From assembly GCF_025060675.1 (NCBI RefSeq), contig NZ_JANXBI010000036.1: a DNA stretch of 64,000 nucleotides; one strand, 5' to 3'. This document shows, piece by piece, positions 54,720-63,131 of this stretch. Position numbers and translations under genes: made by a program. Position 1 is the first letter of the stretch; the number at the start of each line of letters is the position of its first letter. Origin of the DNA: Candidatus Caldatribacterium sp. Its GTDB lineage: Bacteria; Atribacterota; Atribacteria; Atribacterales; Caldatribacteriaceae. Below the pieces are notes generated by a model that was given only the letters and a program-made list of their open reading frames with translations, was not told the origin of the DNA and searched no databases.

Positions 54720-54911
54720 GAGGAAGAAGTCTCGGTTTGTGACCCTGCCCTGCCCGTGATGTCAAAAGAGGCTTTGACCCAACACCCTTGTCCAGGGAGC
54801 CCGGACTTCGGAGGGGCTGAGGTTTCTCCGAGAGGGCACCCACCTTTTGGAGGACGAGGATCAAAGCGGTTGACACACGACAGCGGCGGGGTCACACTGT
54901 GAGGAAGGAGT
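54720..54911 (+). promoter_or_regulatory. Candidate structured 5' leader or small RNA upstream of rpsA
   Basis: An 11-bp closing helix, GUGACCCUGCC (54739-54749) with GGCGGGGUCAC (54885-54895), includes one G-U pair. Inside it are a GUCAAA/UUUGAC hairpin (54761-54778) and an AGCCC...cUUCGg...GGGCU hairpin (about 54798-54818). I recognised no Rfam family by eye. Confidence 0.35.
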
Positions 54912-56858
54912 GTGTTGGGTGTGGAACATGAGAGGAACATGGAGCTGCTCCACGAAAACCTCGAACAAATCCGCATCGTACGCCCCGGTGATCTCATCAA
55001 AGGCAGGGTCATCAAAAAAGGTGATGAGGGGTATTTTGTGAACATCAACTACAAAGCGGAGGGTATTCTTCCCTTCCGGGAGCGGGCTCAGGGTCGGGAA
55101 GGAGAAGTGGAGCATGATCTCAGAGAAGGTGAAGAGGTCTGGGTTATGGTGACCCGGATTGATGACCAGGGGTACGTGTGGCTGTCCCGGGAGCAGGCCC
55201 GCTACCAGGGAGCTTGGATTGACATAGAGGAGAGTAAGGAAAAAGGCAAAGTTCTCACGGCTAAAGTGAAGCGGAAGGTCAAAGGTGGGCTCATCGTGGA
55301 CATTGGGGTGAATGCCTTCCTTCCTGCGTCTTGTGTTGATGTGGTGCCTCGCAACCTCGATGAGCTCATTGACCAGACGATTGAGGTCAAGGTTATCGAA
55401 GCGGACCGCAAAACTCGCAATGTCATCGTTTCCCGCCGGGCGGTGATTGAGGAGGAGCTCGCTCGCCGCCGTCAGGAGACCATCGCTTCTCTTGAGGTCG
55501 GCCAGGTCCGTAAGGGCATCGTCAAGAACATTACGAATTTTGGTGTTTTCGTGGACCTTGGTGGTATTGATGGACTCCTCCATATTTCCGAGGTTTCCTG
55601 GGGTAAGGTGGGGAAGCTTGAGGACCTCTTCAAGAAGGGTGATGAAATCGAGGTCAAAGTCATTGCTTGGAATCCGGAAAAAGAGGAAGTTAGCCTGAGC
55701 GTGAAACGTCTCACCCCTGACCCGTGGGAGTGTTTCGCCAAGGAGGTTAAGGTTGGCGACATCGTCAAGGGGAAAGTTGTCTCTCTCAAGGACTTTGGCG
55801 TTTTTGTGGAGCTTGCCGAAGGCGTTGAAGGGCTCATCCACATTTCTGACCTTTCCTGGGGGTACGTGAAGCACCCACGGGAGGTCGTGAAGGTTGGGGA
55901 GATTGTCGAAGCTAAGGTCCTTGAGCTTGATCCCGAACGTCGGAGGATTTCTCTGGGACTCAAGCAGGTTTTCCCCGATCCTTGGGAGAACATTGAGGAG
56001 AAGTACCCGATAGGGAGCACCGTTCGGGTCCGGGTGAATAAGGTGAATGCCCGAGGGGCGCTTGTAGAGATTGAAGAGGGTGTTGAGGGGCGCATTCCCC
56101 TTGAGGAGCTCTCCTGGAAGCGAGTAACCCGGGTGAGCGATATTGTCCGGCGGAACCAGCTCGTTGAGGCGAAGGTCATCGCCCTCGACCGGGAGAGTCG
56201 CCAAGTGACCTTGAGCTTGCGCCAGCTCCGCCCCAACCCTTGGGAAAGCATCGCTTCGAAATGGAAAGTTGGCGACGTGGTGGAAGGGAAGATTCAGCGA
56301 CTTATGAACTTTGGGGCTTTTGTGGAGATTGCCCCTGAGATTGAGGCGCTTCTGCCGCTTTCGGAAATTGCTTGGGAACCGGTGAAGCACCCAAGCCAGG
56401 TTTTCAAAAAGGGGCAAACCACTTCTTTGAAGATTATCGAGCTCAAGCCTGAGGAGCAGCGCATCGTGGTGAGTCGAAAGGCGCTCCTCCCTGACCCTTG
56501 GGAGATTATCAAGACGCGGTATCCCCTCGGGAGTATCCATGAGGGAAAGGTCGTCCGGATTGTGGATTTTGGGGCCTTTGTGGAGCTTGAAGAAGGCTGG
56601 GATGGTCTAGTGCACATCTCAGAGATTGCCGAAGAGCGCATCAGCTCTCCTCGAGACGTTCTCAAAGAAGGCGACGTGGTCAAGGTGAAAATCATTAAAC
56701 TCGACGATGCAGAGCGGAAAATCGGTTTGAGCATCAAGCAGGCCCTGAAGGAGGAAGAAGAAAAGGCCAGGAAAGAACAGGCCCAGGACGGCCGTATCAC
56801 CCTGGGTGATGTTATCGGAGAAAAACTCGCCACCATTCTCCATAACCTGAAAAAATGA
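54912..56858 (+). CDS. rpsA: 30S ribosomal protein S1 with seven S1 (OB-fold) repeats
   Basis: There are seven tandem repeats of the G-x-(V/I)-x-G-x-V...FG-(A/V)-FV-(E/D)...G-(L/R)-(I/L/V)-(H/P)-(I/L)-S-(E/D) pattern. The start is ambiguous (GTG 54912, TTG 54915, GTG 54921 or ATG 54939) after the SD gaggaaggag. Confidence 0.9.
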   Translation: MLGVEHERNMELLHENLEQIRIVRPGDLIKGRVIKKGDEGYFVNINYKAEGILPFRERAQGREGEVEHDLREGEEVWVMVTRIDDQGYVWLSREQARYQGAWIDIEESKEKGKVLTAKVKRKVKGGLIVDIGVNAFLPASCVDVVPRNLDELIDQTIEVKVIEADRKTRNVIVSRRAVIEEELARRRQETIASLEVGQVRKGIVKNITNFGVFVDLGGIDGLLHISEVSWGKVGKLEDLFKKGDEIEVKVIAWNPEKEEVSLSVKRLTPDPWECFAKEVKVGDIVKGKVVSLKDFGVFVELAEGVEGLIHISDLSWGYVKHPREVVKVGEIVEAKVLELDPERRRISLGLKQVFPDPWENIEEKYPIGSTVRVRVNKVNARGALVEIEEGVEGRIPLEELSWKRVTRVSDIVRRNQLVEAKVIALDRESRQVTLSLRQLRPNPWESIASKWKVGDVVEGKIQRLMNFGAFVEIAPEIEALLPLSEIAWEPVKHPSQVFKKGQTTSLKIIELKPEEQRIVVSRKALLPDPWEIIKTRYPLGSIHEGKVVRIVDFGAFVELEEGWDGLVHISEIAEERISSPRDVLKEGDVVKVKIIKLDDAERKIGLSIKQALKEEEEKARKEQAQDGRITLGDVIGEKLATILHNLKK

Positions 56859-57844
56859 ACGTTCCACTGGAGAAAGCCTCGCTTGTATACGCCACCATCC
56901 TTGAGGAAATTCGAAGCGTTGCTTCCCGTTTCCGCAGGGTGGTGGTCGCTTTTTCAGGAGGGATGGATAGTACCGTTGCCCTCTTCCTCACCCTTGAGGC
57001 TCTTGGGCGCTCGAGGGTCTGTGCTGTGACCGTTGACTGGGGTCCTTACCTTCCTGAAAAGGCGAGAGAGAACATCGCCTTCTTTGTGGCACACTTTGGT
57101 GTGGAACACGTGTACATCCCGGGGCAGAGTGCCTTGGAGGATGTAGCGCGGGGTGGCCCGTCGTGCAACTTGTGCACGAAAAGGGCAAAGCTTGGTCGTA
57201 TCCGGGAGCACTTTGGGGAGGGTACGCTCATCATTGGTGGGGCAAACAAAAGCGACAGCTGGGGCCATCGGGGCATGAAGTTCCTTGGGGACACCTTTTC
57301 CCCTCTCTTTGACCTGACGAAGGACGACATTGCCCTCCTTGCGAGTTACCTTGGGATTCCCATCCGTCGCATCGGAGAGAACCGGGTCCGAGAAGGGTGT
57401 TACCTCAAGCATCTCTTGAAGCCGCTTGCTGTCCCTGCGTACCATGGGAAAGCGGTTGTTGAGGCGAATGCTCTGCTTTTGCGCCTTCTTGATGAGGTTG
57501 CCTATCCAAGGGACATCGCCAACGTTGTGGTCATCGGGCCGCTTGCTGAGAACATTGCCTTGGTCAATGTTGCCCCCCTTCCCGATGCTTCTTTGCGGGA
57601 ACGTATCGTTCGGCATTTGTCGACTATCCCGGAGCTTTCTCAGGTTGTCATTGTCGACGCTCCTCTTGCCCTTTTTGTCCGTGCCAATCCTGGGATTTAT
57701 CGGAATGACCTCTCGCGTTTTTGGCTTGCGCAGGGACGGATACAGCCTGAGTTCGCCTTTCCAGTCACCTGCGTCTTTTTGCCTTCGAGCAATCGGAGAC
57801 TGCGGACCTTCCAGGTGGTGGCGTACCGTGTTGGAGAGTCGTGA
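56855..57844 (+). CDS. PP-loop ATP pyrophosphatase, LarE/TIGR00268-like
   Basis: AFSGGMDSTV (PP-loop), CNLCTK, SPLFDLTKDDI...YLGIP and EGCYLKH are co-linear with the LarE-type sulfur transferase family. It has an ATGA overlap with rpsA. Confidence 0.6.
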   Translation: MNVPLEKASLVYATILEEIRSVASRFRRVVVAFSGGMDSTVALFLTLEALGRSRVCAVTVDWGPYLPEKARENIAFFVAHFGVEHVYIPGQSALEDVARGGPSCNLCTKRAKLGRIREHFGEGTLIIGGANKSDSWGHRGMKFLGDTFSPLFDLTKDDIALLASYLGIPIRRIGENRVREGCYLKHLLKPLAVPAYHGKAVVEANALLLRLLDEVAYPRDIANVVVIGPLAENIALVNVAPLPDASLRERIVRHLSTIPELSQVVIVDAPLALFVRANPGIYRNDLSRFWLAQGRIQPEFAFPVTCVFLPSSNRRLRTFQVVAYRVGES

Positions 57845-60455
57845 TATTCGACGTCTTTTCCTCGCCTTTTTTGAGAAACGTGGACACACCTCCCTTCCCA
57901 GCGCCTCCCTCATCCCCTCTGACCCGACGCTTCTTCTTACCATTGCTGGCATGGTTCCTTTCAAGCCCATATTCCTTGGGCAGGTGAAGCCTACTTTCCG
58001 GCGCGTTTGCACCGTTCAGAAGTGCGTCCGGGTGAGCGACCTTGAGAAGGTCGGCTACACCCCACGGCATCACACTTTCTTTGAAATGCTTGGGAACTTC
58101 TCGTTCGGTGATTACTTCAAAAAAGAGGCTTGCCTGTGGGCGTGGGAATTCCTCACCGAAGAGCTTCGCCTTCCTGTGGAACGTCTTGCCGTTTCGGTCC
58201 ATGAGAGAGACGAAGAGGCATTCCTTGTGTGGCGTGATGTGGTGGGTCTTCCAGAGGAGAAAATCGTCTTCCTTGGGGATGAGGACAACTTCTGGGCTTC
58301 AGGGCCTGTCGGGCCATGTGGGTACTGCTCGGAGATTTACTACGACACGGGGGCTGAACGGGGTTGTGGGGAGGAGACTTGCCGTCCAGGTTGTGCGTGC
58401 GACCGCTTCCTTGAAGTCTGGAATTTGGTCTTCATGGAGTTCGATCGCCAATCTGATGGGACTCTCAGGGAGCTCCCCAGCAAAAACATTGACACCGGCA
58501 TGGGTCTTGAACGCATCAGTGCGGTGGTTCAAAATGCAGAGTCAAATTTTGAAACCGACCTCTTCCTTCCCCTTATTCGAACCCTTGAGGACTTGAGTGG
58601 GGTGGCCTACGCAAGTGCGAAACCGGTCTTTCGCCTCATTGCCGATCATTCTCGTGCTGTGGCCTTTCTCATTGCCGATGGGGTGTATCCGGCCAATGAA
58701 GGACGAGGGTATGTGCTTCGTCGGCTCATCCGTCGGGCACACCGGTTTGGGAAAAAGATTGGTCTGCAGAAGCCCTTCCTCCATGAACTCACCGCGGCCG
58801 TAGTGACCCTGATGGGTGATGTGTATCCAGAACTCCGCACCAAGGAGACAACCATTGCCCAGGTGACTTTCCAAGAGGAGAAGCGTTTCGAGGACACTCT
58901 GGCCTTGGGTTTTGCCCGTCTTGAAGAGCTCATTGCCGAAGCCAGGGCAAAGAAAGAGCGGGTGATCTCGGGGAAAGAGGTTTTCACCCTGTACGACACC
59001 TATGGTTTCCCGGTGGATTTTGCTGAAGAAGTCCTCAAAGAAGAGGGGCTCTCCTTCTCTCAAGAGGAGTTTGCCGCAGAGATGGAAGCACAGAGAACCC
59101 GGGCTCGAAGGGCCCAAGAAGAGAAGGTTTCCGGTCTCAGAGGACAGAAGAAAGAGGAAGAGCTCTTTTCTGGTTTCCGCTCAACCTTTGTGGGTTACGA
59201 TACCCTCCTTGCGGAAGCAACGCTTTGCGCGCTCTCAGATGGGGAGAAGCTCCTTTCTGAGGCCCGGGAAGGGACCGAGGTCCTCTTTGTCCTTGATGTT
59301 ACCCCCTTCTATGCGGAGAAGGGAGGGCAAGAGTGGGATACTGGGTACTTTGAGACCCCCTCGGGGAAAGTCGAAGTGCTCCGAGTGAGTAGCCCTGCGT
59401 CTTCTCTCTCGGTCCATCGTGGTATTGTCCGGGCAGGAAAGGTTGTGGTTGGTGAGCGAGGGAAGGCCCAGGTCAATGCAAAGCGGCGGAGAAGCCTTGA
59501 GGCGCACCATACGGTGACGCACCTCCTGCACCGAGTGCTCCGGGAAGTCCTTGGTGAGCAAGTGCATCAAGCAGGGTCCTGGGTCGGAGAAGAGGGTTTG
59601 CGTTTTGACTTCACCCATTTTGCCCCGCTTTCGTCAGAAGAACTCGAGGCGGTGGAAGCGCGGGTGAACGAGAAAATCCTCGAGGACCTTCCTGTGTACG
59701 TGAGCTTTGGTTCCCTTGAGGAAGCCCAGAAACTTGGTGTTATTGCCCTTTTCGGGGAAAAGTATGAGTTCCCGGTTCGTATCGTCCGGGTGGGGAACTA
59801 CACCGCAGAACTCTGTGGCGGAACGCACCTTCGCCGCACAGGCGAAGCTGGTGCCTTTGTGATTCTCTCTGAGTCAAGTATTGGTGCGGGAATCCGACGC
59901 ATTGAGGCAGTTGCTGGGGAGCGGGCCTTGACGTTGCTCCGTGCCTCCCGAAGGCTCCTCCAGAGGGTGCGGGAACTTGCCGGTGTTTCTGAAGAACGTC
60001 TTCCGGCCTTTTTAGAGAATCTCCTTGAGGAGAACCATGCGCTCCGGAAGGCTCTCGCTCGGGAGCAGAGGGAACGTTTGCTCTTTGCTTTAGAGAGAGA
60101 ACTCCAAGCTCTTCCTGCGGGATCGCTCCTCTTTGCCCATCTTTTTGCAGACAGTCTTGATATGGACATCCTACGGGAGATTGCCGATGTCCTTGGGGGG
60201 AAGCTCTCCCGAGGCGTCATTGCTCTTGGTGTTGAGGAGGAGGGGAAAGTTCGGGGTATCCTTGCGGGAGTGAAGCTTGCAAAGGATGTGCATCTTGGTG
60301 CATTCCTGCGAGAGGTTTCCCGAAGCATCGGTGGCGGTGGTGGGGGCAAGCCGCATTTTGCCCAGTTTGGAGGCATTCCGAAATCCCGCTGGATGGACTT
60401 TCTCAGACGTCTTGAGGAGTTCGTAAAGCGCCATGAAGCGGGTCATGGCCCTTGA
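57828..60455 (+). CDS. alaS: Alanyl-tRNA synthetase
   Basis: FFEKRGH...PSASLIP...DPTLLLTIAGM, FEMLGNFSFGDYFK, the editing domain HTVTHLL...CGGTH, and a C-terminal DHHA1-like GGGGGKP. The GTG/TTG starts at 57828/57831 overlap the preceding stop. The track ORF's 134 N-terminal residues are rejected. Confidence 0.9.
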   Translation: MLESRDIRRLFLAFFEKRGHTSLPSASLIPSDPTLLLTIAGMVPFKPIFLGQVKPTFRRVCTVQKCVRVSDLEKVGYTPRHHTFFEMLGNFSFGDYFKKEACLWAWEFLTEELRLPVERLAVSVHERDEEAFLVWRDVVGLPEEKIVFLGDEDNFWASGPVGPCGYCSEIYYDTGAERGCGEETCRPGCACDRFLEVWNLVFMEFDRQSDGTLRELPSKNIDTGMGLERISAVVQNAESNFETDLFLPLIRTLEDLSGVAYASAKPVFRLIADHSRAVAFLIADGVYPANEGRGYVLRRLIRRAHRFGKKIGLQKPFLHELTAAVVTLMGDVYPELRTKETTIAQVTFQEEKRFEDTLALGFARLEELIAEARAKKERVISGKEVFTLYDTYGFPVDFAEEVLKEEGLSFSQEEFAAEMEAQRTRARRAQEEKVSGLRGQKKEEELFSGFRSTFVGYDTLLAEATLCALSDGEKLLSEAREGTEVLFVLDVTPFYAEKGGQEWDTGYFETPSGKVEVLRVSSPASSLSVHRGIVRAGKVVVGERGKAQVNAKRRRSLEAHHTVTHLLHRVLREVLGEQVHQAGSWVGEEGLRFDFTHFAPLSSEELEAVEARVNEKILEDLPVYVSFGSLEEAQKLGVIALFGEKYEFPVRIVRVGNYTAELCGGTHLRRTGEAGAFVILSESSIGAGIRRIEAVAGERALTLLRASRRLLQRVRELAGVSEERLPAFLENLLEENHALRKALAREQRERLLFALERELQALPAGSLLFAHLFADSLDMDILREIADVLGGKLSRGVIALGVEEEGKVRGILAGVKLAKDVHLGAFLREVSRSIGGGGGGKPHFAQFGGIPKSRWMDFLRRLEEFVKRHEAGHGP

Positions 60456-60843
60456 TGTGGGGGAGAAGCGTATCGGTGTTGCCCTGAACTGGGGAACCCC
60501 TTTTGCCTTTCCCTATACCGTTCTTCTCCGGAAAGGGAAAACGGATATCGTAGCTGTGCTCTCCCTCGCTCGGGAGTTTGCTGTTGACACCATCGTGGTG
60601 GGGTTTCCCCGTCGTACCGATGGGACCATCGGCAAGGAGGCACAGGCGCTTGAAGAATTTGCCGGGGAACTCCGGAAGCACTTCCCTGGGGAGGTTGTCC
60701 TCTGGGATGAGCGCTTTTCAACCAAAGAAGCTGAGAAGCACCTCATTGCGCTTGATACTTCTCGAGCCCGGCGGAGAAAGCTCATCGACAAAATTGCGGC
60801 ATGTCTCATCCTTGAGGCGTATTTAGCGAGGGAAAGCACGTGA
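60433..60843 (+). CDS. ruvX: Holliday-junction-resolvase-like RNase YqgF/RuvX
   Basis: ALDVGEKRIGVA...VVGFP...DERFST. Confidence 0.85.
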   Translation: MKRVMALDVGEKRIGVALNWGTPFAFPYTVLLRKGKTDIVAVLSLAREFAVDTIVVGFPRRTDGTIGKEAQALEEFAGELRKHFPGEVVLWDERFSTKEAEKHLIALDTSRARRRKLIDKIAACLILEAYLAREST

Positions 60844-61805
60844 AATCCTGGGGTATTTTCGTTCTCGCCCTCTTGTACCTTCTTGCCGTCTTTGGGTACC
60901 TCGCTTTCTTCTTTGACCTCCCTTTTGGGGAGCCGAAACTTGTGGCTATCCCCAGAGGAACCCCACTTTCTGGTATCGCCCGGATTCTTGAACAAGAAGG
61001 CATTACCTCTCGGTTCCGTTTCCTCGCCTTTGCCCTCCTCTCGAAGAGAACCCCCCTCCTTGCGGGATGGTATCGTTTGACCCCCGGTATGTCTCCAGCT
61101 CGCCTTGTCGATATCCTCTCCCAGGGACCACCCCGGGTTCGGGTCACGTTCCCTGAAGGATGTACTGCCGAAGATATGGCAAGGATTCTTGAGGCCCTGG
61201 GGGTTTGTGGGGCCAAGGAGTACCTCACTTTCGTAGAGCACCCAGAGTACTTCCAAAAGCCTTGGCTTGCTCAAGTTCCGACCCTTGAGGGTTTCCTCTT
61301 CCCTGATACCTACTTTTTCCAGGTCCCCACTCCCCCTCAGGAGGTTATCAACGTACAACTTGCCCGCTTCGAAGAACTCGTCCTTCCCCTCTTTGCGGGG
61401 AAGGAAGATAAGCTCAGAGAGACCCTTACCCTTGCCTCCATCGTGGAAAAGGAAACGCGTCTTGAAGAGGAAAAGCCCTTAGTTGCCTCGGTCTTTCGCA
61501 ATCGCTTGAAGGAGAATATGCGTCTTCAGTCCTGTGCGACCGTGGTCTACGCCCTGAAGAGGGAAAGGGGAATCACCGTGTATACCCTTCGAGAGGAAGA
61601 CCTGGGGGTTGATTCCCCTTTCAACACGTACCGAGTCAGTGGTCTTCCACCCCATCCTATCTGTAACCCTGGCCTTTCTTCCATTCGGGCTGCTTTGGAA
61701 CCTGCGGAGACGGACTACCTCTTTTTCGTCCTTCAGGACGATGGCCGTCACGCTTTCGCCCGAACTTACGAGGAACATCTGCGGAACAAGCGAGGTAATC
61801 CATGA
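60840..61805 (+). CDS. mltG: Endolytic murein transglycosylase MltG (YceG family)
   Basis: It has an N-terminal TM helix, then LEGFLFPDTY, ASIVEKE, VFRNRL and SPFNTY. Confidence 0.85.
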   Translation: MKSWGIFVLALLYLLAVFGYLAFFFDLPFGEPKLVAIPRGTPLSGIARILEQEGITSRFRFLAFALLSKRTPLLAGWYRLTPGMSPARLVDILSQGPPRVRVTFPEGCTAEDMARILEALGVCGAKEYLTFVEHPEYFQKPWLAQVPTLEGFLFPDTYFFQVPTPPQEVINVQLARFEELVLPLFAGKEDKLRETLTLASIVEKETRLEEEKPLVASVFRNRLKENMRLQSCATVVYALKRERGITVYTLREEDLGVDSPFNTYRVSGLPPHPICNPGLSSIRAALEPAETDYLFFVLQDDGRHAFARTYEEHLRNKRGNP

Positions 61806-62308
61806 AGGGCATTGTACGGTATTTCTTCCCTTGTCTTTTCGTGGATGCTCTTGAAGATATCGACCTTGCCAGATTGTGGCGTCTTGGTATTCGTGGGCTC
61901 ATCGTGGACCTTGATAACACCCTTGTGGCCTGGAACGCGTACGACCTTCCGGAGCGTATCGCCCGTTGGGTGGCAAAGGCGAAGGAGCAGGGATTTGCCA
62001 TCTGCATTGTTTCCAACGCCCTGGAGGAGAGGGTGGCATACTTTTCAAGACTTCTTGCCATTCCCGGAATCTCTAAGGCGCGGAAGCCTCGCCGAGGAGC
62101 ATTTCGGGTAGCCTTGGAGACTCTGGGTTTACAGAGGAACCAAGTTGCCGTCATCGGTGACCAGGTTTTTACTGATGTCCTTGGAGGGAATCGCCTTGGA
62201 CTTTATACGATTCTTGTCCGCCCCATCTCAAGGCGGGAGTTTTTTCTGACTCGCCTTGGGAGATTCTTTGAACGCCTTGTCCTTCGGAGGTTCACAAGCC
62301 ATGATTGA
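61802..62308 (+). CDS. yqeG: YqeG-family HAD-IIIA phosphatase
   Basis: IVDLDNTLV, VSNA, KPRR and IGDQVFTDVLGGN. Confidence 0.8.
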   Translation: MKGIVRYFFPCLFVDALEDIDLARLWRLGIRGLIVDLDNTLVAWNAYDLPERIARWVAKAKEQGFAICIVSNALEERVAYFSRLLAIPGISKARKPRRGAFRVALETLGLQRNQVAVIGDQVFTDVLGGNRLGLYTILVRPISRREFFLTRLGRFFERLVLRRFTSHD

Positions 62309-63131
62309 TGCTCAAACCGGGCTTTTGGCTCTCATAGGACACCCTGTGGGTCATTCCCTCTCCCCGAAATTCCAAAACGCTGCCCTCCGACACCTTGGCC
62401 TTCCCTTCGTCTACCTTGCCTTTGACATCCCCCCAGAGAATCTCCAAGAAGCGGTGCGGGCCTTTCGAGTCCTTGGTGTGCGGGGTTTTAACGTCACCGT
62501 GCCCCACAAGGAGGCTATCTGCCCTTTGCTCGATGCCCTTGAGGGAGAAGCAGAAACCTTGGAAGCGGTGAACACGGTAGTACACCGTAAGGGAAAGCTT
62601 TTGGGGTACAACACCGATGTGTACGGGTTTTTAGAGAGCTTGCGGCATGAAGGGGTTTCGGTCATGGGGAAGACTTTCCTCCTCCTTGGGGCAGGAGGCG
62701 CGGCAAAGTCGGTGCTCTTTGCCCTTGCTAAGGAGAAGGCTCAGGGTGTCTACCTCATGAACCGCACACGTGAACGGGCCGTGTTCCTCAGTACCTGGGT
62801 GAAGAAGGTTCTCCAGTTCCCCTGCGAGGTGCTGCCATGGGGGACAGAGAGCCTTCCTCCAGTTCATGGTATAATAAACGCGACGTCTCTTGGTCTTGGA
62901 GGGGAAATGCCTCCAATCCCCTGGGAAGCTGTGCCATCCCTTGAAGTGGTCATCGACCTTGTGTACCGAAACGAAGGAACACCTCTCGTGCATGAAGCAC
63001 GAGTTCGAGGCATCCACAGCTTCGACGGGAAACGTATGCTCCTCTACCAGGGGGCCCAGAGTTTCTTCCTCTTCACCGGGGTCCCTGCGCCTCTTGAGGT
63101 TATGGAGAACGCCCTTTTGGGAGGGTCCTAA
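62301..63131 (+). CDS. aroE: Shikimate 5-dehydrogenase
   Basis: LIGHPVGHSLSP, GFNVTVPHK, NTD and LLGAGGAAKSV. The ATG at 62301 overlaps the 3' end of yqeG. Confidence 0.85.
   Translation: MIDAQTGLLALIGHPVGHSLSPKFQNAALRHLGLPFVYLAFDIPPENLQEAVRAFRVLGVRGFNVTVPHKEAICPLLDALEGEAETLEAVNTVVHRKGKLLGYNTDVYGFLESLRHEGVSVMGKTFLLLGAGGAAKSVLFALAKEKAQGVYLMNRTRERAVFLSTWVKKVLQFPCEVLPWGTESLPPVHGIINATSLGLGGEMPPIPWEAVPSLEVVIDLVYRNEGTPLVHEARVRGIHSFDGKRMLLYQGAQSFFLFTGVPAPLEVMENALLGGS

Noticed and set aside
54684-54902. A 72-aa ORF inside the rpsA upstream region.
   Set aside because: It starts within the -35 promoter element, has no SD and gives a Pro/Gly-rich, non-protein-like translation. The region is better explained as structured RNA.
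54720-54911. The possibility that the structured region is SRP (4.5S) RNA, 6S RNA or a T-box.
   Set aside because: - SRP RNA: the conserved domain IV sequence (GGUCCGGAAGGAAGCAGC-like) is absent.
- T-box: there is no T-box sequence or specifier arrangement, and the downstream gene is not an aaRS.
- 6S RNA: this cannot be excluded by eye, so the region is reported only as an unclassified candidate.
54861-56540. A 559-aa minus-strand ORF opposite rpsA.
   Set aside because: It is antisense to seven clearly recognisable S1 repeats. It has no motifs, and its repetitive L/N/P/R-rich sequence simply mirrors the repeat structure of rpsA.
57426-57827. The 5' extension of the alaS track ORF, 134 extra residues.
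   Set aside because: It overlaps the 3' half of the LarE-like gene in another frame and has no AlaRS similarity. The conserved AlaRS N-terminus (RRLFLAFFEKRGH) begins just after the GTG/TTG at 57828/57831.
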